From assembly GCA_023140385.1 (NCBI GenBank), contig JAGLLT010000013.1, positions 1 to 35,034 on the forward strand: 35,034 nt of DNA, in the 5' to 3' direction. Shown piece after piece: positions 7,119 to 16,873 of the stretch; the stretch's first letter is position 1, and each line of letters starts with the position of its first letter. A program made the translations under genes and the position numbers. Source of the DNA: Candidatus Omnitrophota bacterium. Lineage in GTDB: Bacteria; Omnitrophota; Gorgyraeia; JAGLLT01. Below the pieces are notes generated by a model. It searched no databases and was not told where the DNA came from. It saw only the letters and a list, made by a program, of their open reading frames with translations.

Positions 7119-9007
7119 TTAAAAAATTCCTTTTTTACAAATTCCGCGATTTTCTCAGCGCCTAAACCATATTTATCAAGCAGCATCCGGCGATTGCCAT
7201 GCTCAATAAATTTGTCAGGTAACCCAAGTATTCGCAGGTGTACGTTATCTTCTTTATTTGCCTGAAGCATCTCAGCCACGGCGCTTCCAAACCCGCCAAG
7301 CATACTGCCTTCTTCTATAGTAATCACCTTACGGCCGCATTTAGCTATATTTTCTATCATTTTCTCATCAAGCGGCTTAACAAATCTCGCGTTTATAACC
7401 TCGGCCCCAATGCCCGCCTTTTCAAGAATTACCGCCGCTTCAACCGCCTCCTTTACCATGGAACCGTACGCCAACAGGCAAACGTCCTCCCCTTTTCTTA
7501 AAACATCCGACCTTCCCAGCGGTAAAATAGGATGCTCTTTGACTTGGGGCGCATCAACTTTATCCTTTGGATATCTTATAGCTACCGGATGTTTTATGTT
7601 GACAGCCGTAGCCAGCATAGAAATCAGCTCATTGGCGTCTTTTGGCGCCATTATAACCAAATTGGGCAGATGACGCAAATATGAAATATCAAATATACCG
7701 TGGTGAGTAGGCCCGTCATCTCCCACCAAACCCGCCCTGTCAAGACACAAGATAATCCGCGAGTCCTGCAGGCAGATATCATGAAATATCTGGTCGTAAC
7801 CTCTCTGTAAAAAGGTAGAATAGATCGCCGCTACCGGAATAAACCCTTTAACAGCAAGGCCCGCGCAAAAAGTAAGCGCGTGCTGTTCGGCAATGCCCAC
7901 GTCAAAAAATCTCTCAGGAAATTCAAGGGCAAATTTATCTAACCCCGTCCCATCGGCCATAGCCGCGCTCACGGCAACAATTCTTTTATTCTCGCGGCTT
8001 AATTCCGTCAAGGCGTTACTAAAGACCTTCGTATAGGTTGTCTGTTCTTCCGTCTCTTTATTATCAGCGGGTACATCAGCCGCCCGGCCGTTTTTTACGC
8101 TAAAGGGCTTAGAGCTGTGAAATATAGCCGGGTTTTTCTCGGCCGGCTTATAACCCTTACCTTTTTTAGTCAGCACGTGAATAATCTTCGGCCCCTTGAT
8201 GCTAACTACACTCTCAAAAGTACTAATCAACTGTTCTATGTTGTGCCCATCTATAGGGCCGAAGTATCTAAGGCCCAGCTCCTCAAAGAACGCGCCGGGG
8301 ACTATCAAATTCTTTAGCCCCTCCTCAAACCTCCTGCCGGCCTCGCTAACCCTGGAGCCCAATTTCGGAATGCGCCCGAGGAAAACTTTTAGTTCGTCTC
8401 TTACTTTATTATATAAAGGATTGGTGATTATCCTGTTTAAATATTTGCTTAAAGCGCCCACGCTAACCGATATTGACATCTCATTAGTATTAAGGATTAT
8501 AATTAAATCTTTCGCGAGTTGGCCGGCATTATTTAAACCCTCAAACGCCTCTCCTCCCGACAGAGCACCGTCCCCGATAACTGCTACAACTTTTTCTTTT
8601 CCTTTTTTAATATCCCTTGCCGCCGCCAATCCCAGAGCAAAAGAGACTGAAGTTGAACTGTGGCCGGAAGTAATAAGATCATACTCGCTCTCATTTTTAT
8701 TGGGAAAACCGCTTATGCCGCCGAACTGGCGCAAGGTATGGAACCTATCTCTCCTGCCGGTCAAAATCTTGTGAGAATAACACTGATGGCCCACGTCCCA
8801 GATAACCTTGTCTTCGGGTATATCAAGAACATAATAGAGGGCAATCGTTAACTCTACAACACCCAGGTTAGAGGCTAAATGCCCGCCTGTTTTAGAAACA
8901 GTGTCTATTATCAGCTTCCTTATCTCCCGCGCGACCTCCGGAAGCTTCTCTTTGGGAATTTCTTTTAAATCCCTGGGACTATTAATCTTTGATAGTAAAT
9001 TATCCAT
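7115..9007 (-). CDS. dxs: 1-deoxy-D-xylulose-5-phosphate synthase
   Basis: GGHLASNLG, WDVGHQ, GHSSTS, GDGA, IAEQH and DRAGLVGDDGPTHHG motifs. Confidence 0.97.
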   Translation of the reverse strand: MDNLLSKINSPRDLKEIPKEKLPEVAREIRKLIIDTVSKTGGHLASNLGVVELTIALYYVLDIPEDKVIWDVGHQCYSHKILTGRRDRFHTLRQFGGISGFPNKNESEYDLITSGHSSTSVSFALGLAAARDIKKGKEKVVAVIGDGALSGGEAFEGLNNAGQLAKDLIIILNTNEMSISVSVGALSKYLNRIITNPLYNKVRDELKVFLGRIPKLGSRVSEAGRRFEEGLKNLIVPGAFFEELGLRYFGPIDGHNIEQLISTFESVVSIKGPKIIHVLTKKGKGYKPAEKNPAIFHSSKPFSVKNGRAADVPADNKETEEQTTYTKVFSNALTELSRENKRIVAVSAAMADGTGLDKFALEFPERFFDVGIAEQHALTFCAGLAVKGFIPVAAIYSTFLQRGYDQIFHDICLQDSRIILCLDRAGLVGDDGPTHHGIFDISYLRHLPNLVIMAPKDANELISMLATAVNIKHPVAIRYPKDKVDAPQVKEHPILPLGRSDVLRKGEDVCLLAYGSMVKEAVEAAVILEKAGIGAEVINARFVKPLDEKMIENIAKCGRKVITIEEGSMLGGFGSAVAEMLQANKEDNVHLRILGLPDKFIEHGNRRMLLDKYGLGAEKIAEFVKKEFFK

Positions 9008-9028
9008 TTCTTTACTCTTGCCTTAAGA

Positions 9029-9256
9029 TTAATCCTCTTCCGCCAAAAAAGGTTTTGTAACGAGTTTACCTTCCTCTTTTGTTAATATTTCAATCTTCTT
9101 CTCCGCTTCATTAAGTTTTTTACTGCACATCTTAACAAGCTTCACGCCTTCTTCATAAGCTTTCAGAGAATCATCTAAACTCAAAGAGCCGCTTTCCAAA
9201 TCATCAACAATCTTTTCCAAACACTCAAGCGCTTTTTCAAACTTTGTCTCAGCCAT
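9029..9256 (-). CDS. xseB: Exodeoxyribonuclease VII small subunit
   Basis: FEKALECLEKIVDDLESG.LSLDDSL..YEEG; adjacent to xseA. ATG 9256 chosen; GTG 9259 is an alternative. Confidence 0.94.
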   Translation of the reverse strand: MAETKFEKALECLEKIVDDLESGSLSLDDSLKAYEEGVKLVKMCSKKLNEAEKKIEILTKEEGKLVTKPFLAEED

Positions 9257-10463
9257 CACATATCTCCTCTACCACACTGCTAAATTTACCGTCTGAAAGC
9301 GTCGTCTCTAATATATCACCTTTAGTTACATCCTTTACGCTTTTTATTACCCTATCCGTTGTCCTGCCTCTAACAATACTATAACCCCTGCCTAAAACAG
9401 CAAGGGGGCTTAACACATCAAGTTTAGCGCAATGAGCCTTAAAATCACTTTTCTTTAGCTGGATGAAATGCAAAAATGCCTTAGCAAAATAATTTGTTAT
9501 TCCATCTAACTGCTGCTGCTTCTGTCGAACTAACTCTCGCGGATCTTTAAAAAAGCGGCTCCTCGCTAAGGAGGAAAAGTCTTTTTCCAGCTTTTGAAGA
9601 CACTGCCTTAGCCCCGTCACCAGCCTTCTGCTGTAATTGAGCAGTTTTTCACTCAACTCACTTTTAGCGCCAATGACCAACTCAGCCGCCTTGGTCGGCG
9701 TCGCCGCTCTTACATCAGCTGTAAAATCACTTATCAGGTAGTCCTTCTGGTGGCCGACCGCGGAGATTACAGGAATCTCCGAAGCGAATATTGCCCGGGC
9801 AACAACCTCCTCATTAAAAGCCCACAAGTCCTCCAGGCTTCCTCCGCCCCGTCCAATAATTAAAACATCTATACCTTTAAGCCGGTTAAACTCCTCCACC
9901 GCCCGGGCTATCTCCAAAGCGGCGCCCTCTCCCTGAACCCTGACCGGATTTAATATTATATGAACATTTGAGAAGCGCCTGTCAATACTATTAAGTATGT
10001 CCTTTATGGCGGCTCCGGAGGAAGAGGTAACCAGGCCAATTTTGCGCGGCAAAAGAGGTATGGGCTTTTTGCGCTCTTCCTTAAAGAGCCCCTCTTTTTC
10101 AAGCTTTTCCTTTAACTGCTCAAAGGCCAGCTGTAGAGCTCCGTAACCCTGGGGCTCAACCTTTTCAATATACAACTGATACTTGCCCTGAACCTGATAA
10201 ACGCCTATCTTTCCGAAACAAAGAACCTTTAATCCGTCTTTGATCTCGAACTTTACGCGTTCACCGGCACCCTTAAAAATCACCGAGCTTAACTGAGCTT
10301 TTTCGTCCTTCAGCGTAAGATAGGTGTGGCCGCTTATGGGGTGTTTTTTGTAATTTGATATTTCACCCTCTATCCAAACACTCATAAACGAATCAGTCAA
10401 AACATCGTTTATCCGTCTATTTATTTCACTAACTGTATAAACTTTCGCGTCTTTATTCGGCAT
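9249..10463 (-). CDS. xseA: Exodeoxyribonuclease VII large subunit
   Basis: VWIEGEISN..SGH.Y, GRGGGSLEDLWAFNEE, SAVGH, RAATPT and LSPLAVLGRGYS motifs. Confidence 0.96.
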   Translation of the reverse strand: MPNKDAKVYTVSEINRRINDVLTDSFMSVWIEGEISNYKKHPISGHTYLTLKDEKAQLSSVIFKGAGERVKFEIKDGLKVLCFGKIGVYQVQGKYQLYIEKVEPQGYGALQLAFEQLKEKLEKEGLFKEERKKPIPLLPRKIGLVTSSSGAAIKDILNSIDRRFSNVHIILNPVRVQGEGAALEIARAVEEFNRLKGIDVLIIGRGGGSLEDLWAFNEEVVARAIFASEIPVISAVGHQKDYLISDFTADVRAATPTKAAELVIGAKSELSEKLLNYSRRLVTGLRQCLQKLEKDFSSLARSRFFKDPRELVRQKQQQLDGITNYFAKAFLHFIQLKKSDFKAHCAKLDVLSPLAVLGRGYSIVRGRTTDRVIKSVKDVTKGDILETTLSDGKFSSVVEEICDG

Positions 10464-10464
10464 C

Positions 10465-11244
10465 TTAGATAATAAGTTTAACTCTTTTTATACCGCGCGC
10501 CCTTCCGCTGTTCTCATCAATATCTAAAATAACTCCCTGAAGCTGAAGGTTTTCCTCCGCTATTTCAAACCTGCCCGGCATACCGTTTAGAAAATGTTCA
10601 AGGACATTATCAACCCTCCTGCCCAGAACGGAATCTATCGGACCGGTCATCCCTAAATCACTTATGTAAGCGGTACCTTGGGGCAGAAGGCGTTCATCAG
10701 CTGTCTGAACGTGGGTGTGTGTGCCTAAAACCGCTGAAACCTTGCCGTCAAGAAACCAACCCATAGCTATCTTCTCACTTGTCGCCTCCGCGTGAAAGTC
10801 AACGATAATTATGGGTGTCTCCTCTTTTATCTTCTCAATGAGCGCGCCGGCTGTTTTAAAAGGACAATCCAGCGCTTTCATAAAAACCCTTCCGACAAGA
10901 TTAACGACAGCTATTTTAAGGCCGTTGTTTAAATCTAAAACAACATAGCCATGGCCTAAAGCGCCATCCGGATAATTCGCGGGCCTTAAAAGCCTGTCTT
11001 CTTTATTAATTATCTCAAGAACGTCTCTTTTCTTAAAAACATGGTCTCCTGAAGTTATAACATCGATGCCAAAAGATAACAGTTCATCGACAACTTTGGG
11101 GGTAAAACCCGAGCCGCCGGCCGAGTTCTCACCGTTAGCGATAACAAAGTCAATCTTTTCTTTGTCTTTCAGCCTCGCGCGCCAAAACTTAACCGCCCTG
11201 CGCCCCGGTTTCCCAACAATATCCCCAATAGCAAGAATCTTCAT
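10465..11244 (-). CDS. ymdB: YmdB-family metallophosphoesterase (TIGR00282 type)
   Basis: GDIVGKPGR, NGEN, RPANYP, DFHAEATSEK and GTHTHVQTAD motifs; follows rny as in many genomes. Confidence 0.92.
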   Translation of the reverse strand: MKILAIGDIVGKPGRRAVKFWRARLKDKEKIDFVIANGENSAGGSGFTPKVVDELLSFGIDVITSGDHVFKKRDVLEIINKEDRLLRPANYPDGALGHGYVVLDLNNGLKIAVVNLVGRVFMKALDCPFKTAGALIEKIKEETPIIIVDFHAEATSEKIAMGWFLDGKVSAVLGTHTHVQTADERLLPQGTAYISDLGMTGPIDSVLGRRVDNVLEHFLNGMPGRFEIAEENLQLQGVILDIDENSGRARGIKRVKLII

Positions 11245-11256
11245 AAATACCTCAAT

Positions 11257-11340
11257 TAGCGGATAGCGGATAGCGGATAGCGTAGAGCGAATAGAAAAAA
11301 CAAAAGAATTTTACTATACGCTATCCGCTAAACGCTATTC
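11257..11340. repeat. Inverted pair of 7-nt tandem arrays forming a long hairpin between rny and ymdB
   Basis: (TAGCGGA)x3 TAGCGTA GAGCGAA TAG at 11257-11294, an A-rich spacer, then CTATACG CTATCCG CTAAACG CTATTC at 11314-11340. Confidence 0.85.
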
Positions 11341-11341
11341 T

Positions 11342-12928
11342 TTATTTAGCATACTCAATAGATCTTGTTTCTCTGATAATAACAACCTTTATCTGGCCCG
11401 GATATTCAAGCTCTTCCTCAATCTTCTTACTTATTTCCCGCGCCAGAGCTACCGTCTCCATATCGGCTACCTTGTCCGGCAAAACCATAACCCGTATTTC
11501 ACGTCCGGCCTGAATGGCATATGACTTTTGAACACCGCCAAAAGCGTTAGCCAGAGATTCAAGCTTGTCCAACCGCTTGATATAAGATTCTAATGTCTCG
11601 CGCCTGGCGCCGGGCCTTGAAGCGCTAACGGCATCTGCCGCCTGGGTTAAAACAGCAAAAAGCGTTTTTGGCTCCGCGCTTTCATGATGAGCTTCAATCG
11701 CGTGTATCACCTGATGTGATTCACCGTATTTTTTTGCCAGGTTGGCTCCAATCTTGTCATGCGAACCTTCAACTTCATGATCAACCGCCTTGCCAATGTC
11801 ATGCAGAAGGCCTATTCTTCTTGCTAAGTTAAAGTCAGCTCCCAGCTCAGAGGCCATCACGCCCATCAAATAGGCCACCTCTTTAGAATGCTGGAGGACG
11901 TTCTGTCCATAACTTGTCCTGAATTTAAGCCTGCCTAAAAGCCTTATAATCTCCGCGTGCAAACCGTGGACACCGGCATCGAAAGCGGCCTTTTCGCCTT
12001 CCTCTCTGATGGTTGCCTCCATCTCTTCTTTAACTTTTTTGACAACATCTTCAATCCTGGCCGGGTGTATTCTTCCATCGGTTATCAGGCGTTGTAACGA
12101 AAGACGCGCTATTTCCCGCCTGACCATATCAAAGCCGGAGAGAGTTACCGCCCCCGGCGTATCGTCGATAACCACATCCACGCCGGTAGCCGTCTCAAAG
12201 GATCTGATGTTCCTGCCTTCCCGTCCTATAATGCGGCCTTTCATTTCGTCATTGGGAAGATTAACCACACTTACCGTCGTCTCCGTAGCGTGATCTGCCG
12301 CGCAGCGTTGGATAGCCAGGCTTATAATATTTTTTGCCTTCTTCTCCGCCGTCTCTTTCGCTTCATCCTCTATCCTCTTAATTATCACACTAGCCTCATG
12401 CCTGACGTCGGTTTCCATTCTTTTTAGCAGTAAATTCTTAGCTTCCTCGGCGCTTAACCTTGAAATCCTCTGCAGATTTTCTTTCTCCTCTTCAAGCAGC
12501 CTCTCCAGCTCAGCATTCTTAGAACCTACTTCCTGCTGCTTGCCTTTAACCATATTTTCCAGATTAACTACTTCCTTTTCTTTCTTATCTAAAATATCAA
12601 CCTTGCGGTCAAGGTTTTCTTCTTTCTGCTCAAGCCGCCTTTCTAAATGGGACAGCTCCTGCCTTCTTTCTTTAGTTTGTTCTTCAAAGTCCGTTCTTAT
12701 ACTGTAAAGCAACTCTTTGCTTTCTAACTCCGCCTCTTTCTTCCTTGCTTCAACACTCCTTTCGGCAGTTTCAAGTATTTCTTTCGCTTTATCTTCTGCC
12801 GCCTTCACCTTCTTTTCGCTAAGAAATCTCCGCAAGAAATATCCCGCGCCAATCAACAGTGCTCCGGCGGAAAATAAAATTACTTTCATCAATATTGGGT
12901 TTGCGTTTAATGTATCTATTTTAGACAC
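11342..12928 (-). CDS. rny: Ribonuclease Y
   Basis: N-terminal TM helix, coiled coil, KH domain ([13 protein letters not shown]) and HD domain (QHSKEV..LLHDIGK). Exact start uncertain (see findings). Confidence 0.96.
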   Translation of the reverse strand: MSKIDTLNANPILMKVILFSAGALLIGAGYFLRRFLSEKKVKAAEDKAKEILETAERSVEARKKEAELESKELLYSIRTDFEEQTKERRQELSHLERRLEQKEENLDRKVDILDKKEKEVVNLENMVKGKQQEVGSKNAELERLLEEEKENLQRISRLSAEEAKNLLLKRMETDVRHEASVIIKRIEDEAKETAEKKAKNIISLAIQRCAADHATETTVSVVNLPNDEMKGRIIGREGRNIRSFETATGVDVVIDDTPGAVTLSGFDMVRREIARLSLQRLITDGRIHPARIEDVVKKVKEEMEATIREEGEKAAFDAGVHGLHAEIIRLLGRLKFRTSYGQNVLQHSKEVAYLMGVMASELGADFNLARRIGLLHDIGKAVDHEVEGSHDKIGANLAKKYGESHQVIHAIEAHHESAEPKTLFAVLTQAADAVSASRPGARRETLESYIKRLDKLESLANAFGGVQKSYAIQAGREIRVMVLPDKVADMETVALAREISKKIEEELEYPGQIKVVIIRETRSIEYAK

Positions 12929-13010
12929 CTCCTTAATATAGACTATTAGATTAATATTTTTTGATCTTATAACAGCTAACAGCTGTAGAGGAGGCAGGAA
13001 GTTGATTTGG

Positions 13011-13565
13011 TTAGTTCGAAAGTACTTCTTTTACAGCGACATCATGAGAAAAAGTGGGGAGAAAGTCAATTACCTGAAAGTCGAACGCCAAACCTATCGT
13101 AGGCACATTCTTCGCGATTTTGCTTAGAAATCTGTCAAAATAACCTGTGCCGTGCCCCAGGCGGTTGCCTTTTCTATCAAAGACAATGGCGGGTACAATT
13201 ACTAAATCTATCATCTCCAGTGGAACGGGCCTGACAAAATCGCTCTTAGGCTCTAAAATCCCGTAAGGCCCCCTTGTCAGCTCCTTATCATAATCCACCA
13301 GCAGTGAAGCTATTAACTCATTTCGACTTACTACAGTAATAGGAACAGCTACCTTTTTCCCGCTTTCTAATGATTCTCTAATCATACTTTCAGTATCAAC
13401 TTCAATATCCTCTGCAATGTAAAACATAACCATCTCGGCTGTTTTATACTCAGGGTGCAAAAAAAGCTTATCCTTGATTTCCCGGCTCTTAATTCTCCTC
13501 TGTTCTATATCCTGGTTCTTCAACCTGGAAAGAAACTCTTTTCTTATGTCCTTTTTATTCATCAT
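13011..13565 (-). CDS. 5-formyltetrahydrofolate cyclo-ligase (YgfA family)
   Basis: [18 protein letters not shown] and [26 protein letters not shown] motifs. Confidence 0.94.
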   Translation of the reverse strand: MMNKKDIRKEFLSRLKNQDIEQRRIKSREIKDKLFLHPEYKTAEMVMFYIAEDIEVDTESMIRESLESGKKVAVPITVVSRNELIASLLVDYDKELTRGPYGILEPKSDFVRPVPLEMIDLVIVPAIVFDRKGNRLGHGTGYFDRFLSKIAKNVPTIGLAFDFQVIDFLPTFSHDVAVKEVLSN

Positions 13566-13573
13566 TTATAAAC

Positions 13574-13602
13574 ATTATAATAAACATCTCTAATAGTGTC
13601 AA
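13574..13602 (-). promoter_or_regulatory. Consensus sigma70 promoter for the cyclo-ligase/rny unit
   Basis: TTGACA (13602-13597), 17 nt, TATAAT (13579-13574). Confidence 0.85.
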
Positions 13603-13686
13603 GGAAATAAAAAAATCCCGCCGTAATTTCAAGACATTTTGCCACTTTCAGCCGATTTTCAAATTTAACCTCAGCTAATCTTTATT

Positions 13687-16600
13687 TCAATAAACCCCAA
13701 ATTCCCATAATGAATAACCCCATGGTGTATCGCGTTGAGTTCCATACACTCTTATATATCTGGAGGTTTGAGCTCCTACTTCAATCTCATCTACGCCGCC
13801 ATCCCCATTCATTTCTTTATAAATGGATGTCCAGTGATGGGTATCATTTGAGATTTGTATTTCATATTGCCTGGCAAATGCATTTTCCCAGTTCAATTTG
13901 ACAACACTAAATGTCTTCGGTTCCGCGAATTCAATATAAACCCACTGGGGATCACCCACCTCAGATGCCCAGCGCGTTTCAACATCACCATCAACAGCTT
14001 TATCTGCCTCAAACCCGTCCCCCTGTATTGAAGAAGCAACGGCATTCTCAGGTAATTTTCCTAAAATTTCATACATTCTTTGCCGGTTACCGACCGTATC
14101 CAGATAATTGGAAAGGAGATTCAGCAAATATTGCTGTGCTGCAGGATCTTCTCTTCTTGAATATAAACCAGTACCTGGATCAGACACCTCGGTCAGCCTG
14201 CCTCTTATCTGAATTCTCGAAACAACAATCACCCCGCCCTTCCAAATAGTTTCCAATACATTGGGATGTTGAAGCCTAAGCCCGCTTTTTGCTAAAACTA
14301 ATCTTTTCGAACCAATCTCAACATTACTTTGCGAAATCATTTCACCGCCTAAACCGCCGTTAAACATCTTCAAATGTTCTTTATCAATATTATTCCATAG
14401 AGGGGAATTCGGATTTTCCGCGAAACAATAAGAATCATAGCCGCCTACCCACTCATCCTTACGTTTATTCATTACTATTGATAAGTCAGAAAATAGAGAA
14501 TATTTCGCGCTTTCGTAATTAGTAATTCCATAACTGGGCTCAATAACTATCAGGGTGTGCCCTTCTTTAACAAAACTGTTAATCTCTTCCATCCGAGAAT
14601 TATAGCTATCGTCCAACAGCACTCCTTCTCCCAAAATTAAGATGTCCTGCCTGGATAACTGGCTGCTGTTATAATTACTGACATTTTTTAAGCCTATTGA
14701 AGTAAGATAGTCCAAGATTTCATTGTCAGGATCATAGACCATAATCCTGGCAGAGGATAGATTATCGGGAATAATCGGCTTAATGATATGGGCTATCTTC
14801 CTGCTTACCGCAACTACTTTTGAATTCTCAATCAACTCTGCTTTAAGATAGTAGCTGCCTGTTTCAGTGGGTATTGTCCAAGTCACACTTTCAATATGTT
14901 TATCAACGGCGGGAACACTTATATCTAAGCTTTTTTCAAAAAGCACATGGGAACCATCTTCGCTTGTTATTTTACAATTCAATACACCGGATTTGTTTTG
15001 ATGGGTGTCATTAAAAATATAAACATTTATCGCTCTTTTTTCTCCCGGGAAAAAATGCCTGTCCCACAGCTCAATGCTTACGCCAAAAGGAGCAAAGGCA
15101 TCTTTTAAAGCTGTCATTACAGGCTTAAGTCCCGGATCGGCAATATCGCCGGTAAACCAGTTGGAAGTACAACCGCCTTCCTTGCTTAAATAAACGAAAG
15201 GAGCAATACCATCTATATCCAACCTTCTCCATAATTCACACAGGTCAGAAGCAAGTTGTGCCTGATGGGCAAAACGTTGTTGAGGAGTGCTGTTCTTTCC
15301 AAGCCAGCGCGGAAGAACTTCTCTCAGAAGGGAAGCAGGGTTTCCATCTTTATCCAGCCAGAACCATATGAATTCATTTAACAAAGTTGGAGTGGAGTTG
15401 TTTTTCAAATCATCTATAGACTGTGAAAATCCGAATTTCCGATCATTTAACACCATTCCAAGAGAGTAAATATATGGATGGTCTTCAAAAAAATCCACAC
15501 ACTCCCAGGGTCGAGTCGGGTCCAGGGCTTTCATCTCCGGTATAATCACCCGCGTAATTTTATCGCTTCGCGGATCTGAATGAGATTCGTTTAGAGCGTC
15601 CCAGATAATAATGCTGGGATGATTCCAGTTGTCATAAAGCCATTGAGTAAATTCTTTTCTTATCTGTTTTTCCGTACCTGTAATAACCCAAAATAACCAT
15701 TCGTTTTGAATCAGCATCCCGTATTCATCCGCGATATCATACCATCTGCTATACATCTGGCCTAAATGATTGCGGAAAAAATTGAAATTGTGCTCTTTTG
15801 GAATATCAATTAAGATCTTCTTTATCCAGGTCTCATCCCACGGAAGTTCTTTCCTGTCAGGATCAGACAAAAATCTATGAAAAGCTATATTGCTTCCCTT
15901 TAAAAAAACGCGCTTGTCATTTAGATAAAAGTCAGAACCAACTATTTTAAATTCTCTCATTCCAAAAGTTGTGAACTCAATATCTGTTTCTTTATTACCA
16001 ACCTTAACTTTTGTAATCAGTTGATAAAGAAAAGGGTTGTCCGGCGACCATAACCGCGTTTTCGGTATAGGTATGGCTAGCGTAAAAGTCTTCTCTTCTT
16101 TCGCCTTTAAAACGCGCTTTATGTTTACTTTCTTTGAAGCAGGCAGATTCAGAGCTTTTTCAAATACTTTTGAAGAAAGAGTAAGATTTTTATCCGCCTC
16201 CTCCAGGTTTTTAAGAGTTATCCTTGCTTCAGCAATACCGGTATCAATATGGGGGATAATCTGAACTCTTTCTACAATCGGACCTCCGCTAAGAATTAAA
16301 GAAACATCGCCCCAGATTCCCGGAATATACAATTTTTTTTCGTGATCTCCGCCTACAGCGCAAATCTTCGGAAGCGCTTCCTTGATGCCAACCTTAACTA
16401 CAAGAACGTTTTCGCCGTTATAGTTTATAGCTTTTGTGGCTTTATATTTATGAGAGGTGTAACAGCCAAGATAACTGCCGAGGTATTTTCCGTTAAGCCA
16501 TACTTCAGTGCCATACTTGGACTGACCTATTTTTAAAAACGCGTGGCCGCGGGTTTGAGAAGGAGTTAGAGTAAATGTTTTTTTGTACCAGAACCATTTT

Positions 16601-16833
16601 TGAGCTTCCCAATTAATAGGAGGACTAGCCATGTCTACCAGACTTGGAACAAGAATTGAATGATGCCAGGCTTCCGGCCGTTTATCAGAAGCCTCTAATT
16701 GCCAGGTACCATTAAGACTAATTGTTTCCCTGGCCGAAAAAGAAGGCTGGATAATTATTCGAACCAGGAAAAATGATAAAGAAATAAGTATTGCCGTAAC
16801 AAACATTATAATTGCCAGATATGCCTTCTTCAT
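13687..16833 (-). CDS. Secreted or membrane-anchored glycoside hydrolase family 2 protein with C-terminal discoidin (F5/8, CBM32-like) domain
   Basis: N-terminal hydrophobic helix, ISLNGTW, WSPDNPFLY, FGMREF, acid/base-like WDALNES, nucleophile-like LLNEF, and C-terminal AVDGD..TRWAS..QWVYIEF..YIRVYG..YSLWE. ATG 16833 has AGGAG; TTG 16851 is an alternative start. Confidence 0.87.
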   Translation of the reverse strand: MKKAYLAIIMFVTAILISLSFFLVRIIIQPSFSARETISLNGTWQLEASDKRPEAWHHSILVPSLVDMASPPINWEAQKWFWYKKTFTLTPSQTRGHAFLKIGQSKYGTEVWLNGKYLGSYLGCYTSHKYKATKAINYNGENVLVVKVGIKEALPKICAVGGDHEKKLYIPGIWGDVSLILSGGPIVERVQIIPHIDTGIAEARITLKNLEEADKNLTLSSKVFEKALNLPASKKVNIKRVLKAKEEKTFTLAIPIPKTRLWSPDNPFLYQLITKVKVGNKETDIEFTTFGMREFKIVGSDFYLNDKRVFLKGSNIAFHRFLSDPDRKELPWDETWIKKILIDIPKEHNFNFFRNHLGQMYSRWYDIADEYGMLIQNEWLFWVITGTEKQIRKEFTQWLYDNWNHPSIIIWDALNESHSDPRSDKITRVIIPEMKALDPTRPWECVDFFEDHPYIYSLGMVLNDRKFGFSQSIDDLKNNSTPTLLNEFIWFWLDKDGNPASLLREVLPRWLGKNSTPQQRFAHQAQLASDLCELWRRLDIDGIAPFVYLSKEGGCTSNWFTGDIADPGLKPVMTALKDAFAPFGVSIELWDRHFFPGEKRAINVYIFNDTHQNKSGVLNCKITSEDGSHVLFEKSLDISVPAVDKHIESVTWTIPTETGSYYLKAELIENSKVVAVSRKIAHIIKPIIPDNLSSARIMVYDPDNEILDYLTSIGLKNVSNYNSSQLSRQDILILGEGVLLDDSYNSRMEEINSFVKEGHTLIVIEPSYGITNYESAKYSLFSDLSIVMNKRKDEWVGGYDSYCFAENPNSPLWNNIDKEHLKMFNGGLGGEMISQSNVEIGSKRLVLAKSGLRLQHPNVLETIWKGGVIVVSRIQIRGRLTEVSDPGTGLYSRREDPAAQQYLLNLLSNYLDTVGNRQRMYEILGKLPENAVASSIQGDGFEADKAVDGDVETRWASEVGDPQWVYIEFAEPKTFSVVKLNWENAFARQYEIQISNDTHHWTSIYKEMNGDGGVDEIEVGAQTSRYIRVYGTQRDTPWGYSLWEFGVY

Positions 16834-16873
16834 AGTCTCTCTCCTGAACAAGTTAAACTCCTTTTATTCGCTA

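Noticed and set aside
8196..8774. 192-aa plus-strand ORF and the other plus-strand ORFs in the track
   Set aside because: All are antisense shadows of well-supported minus-strand genes and lack recognisable motifs.
13606..13625. GGCGGGATTTTTTT (minus strand) as an intrinsic terminator or 6S RNA remnant
   Set aside because: No complementary 5' arm upstream, and the gap is too short for a 6S RNA.
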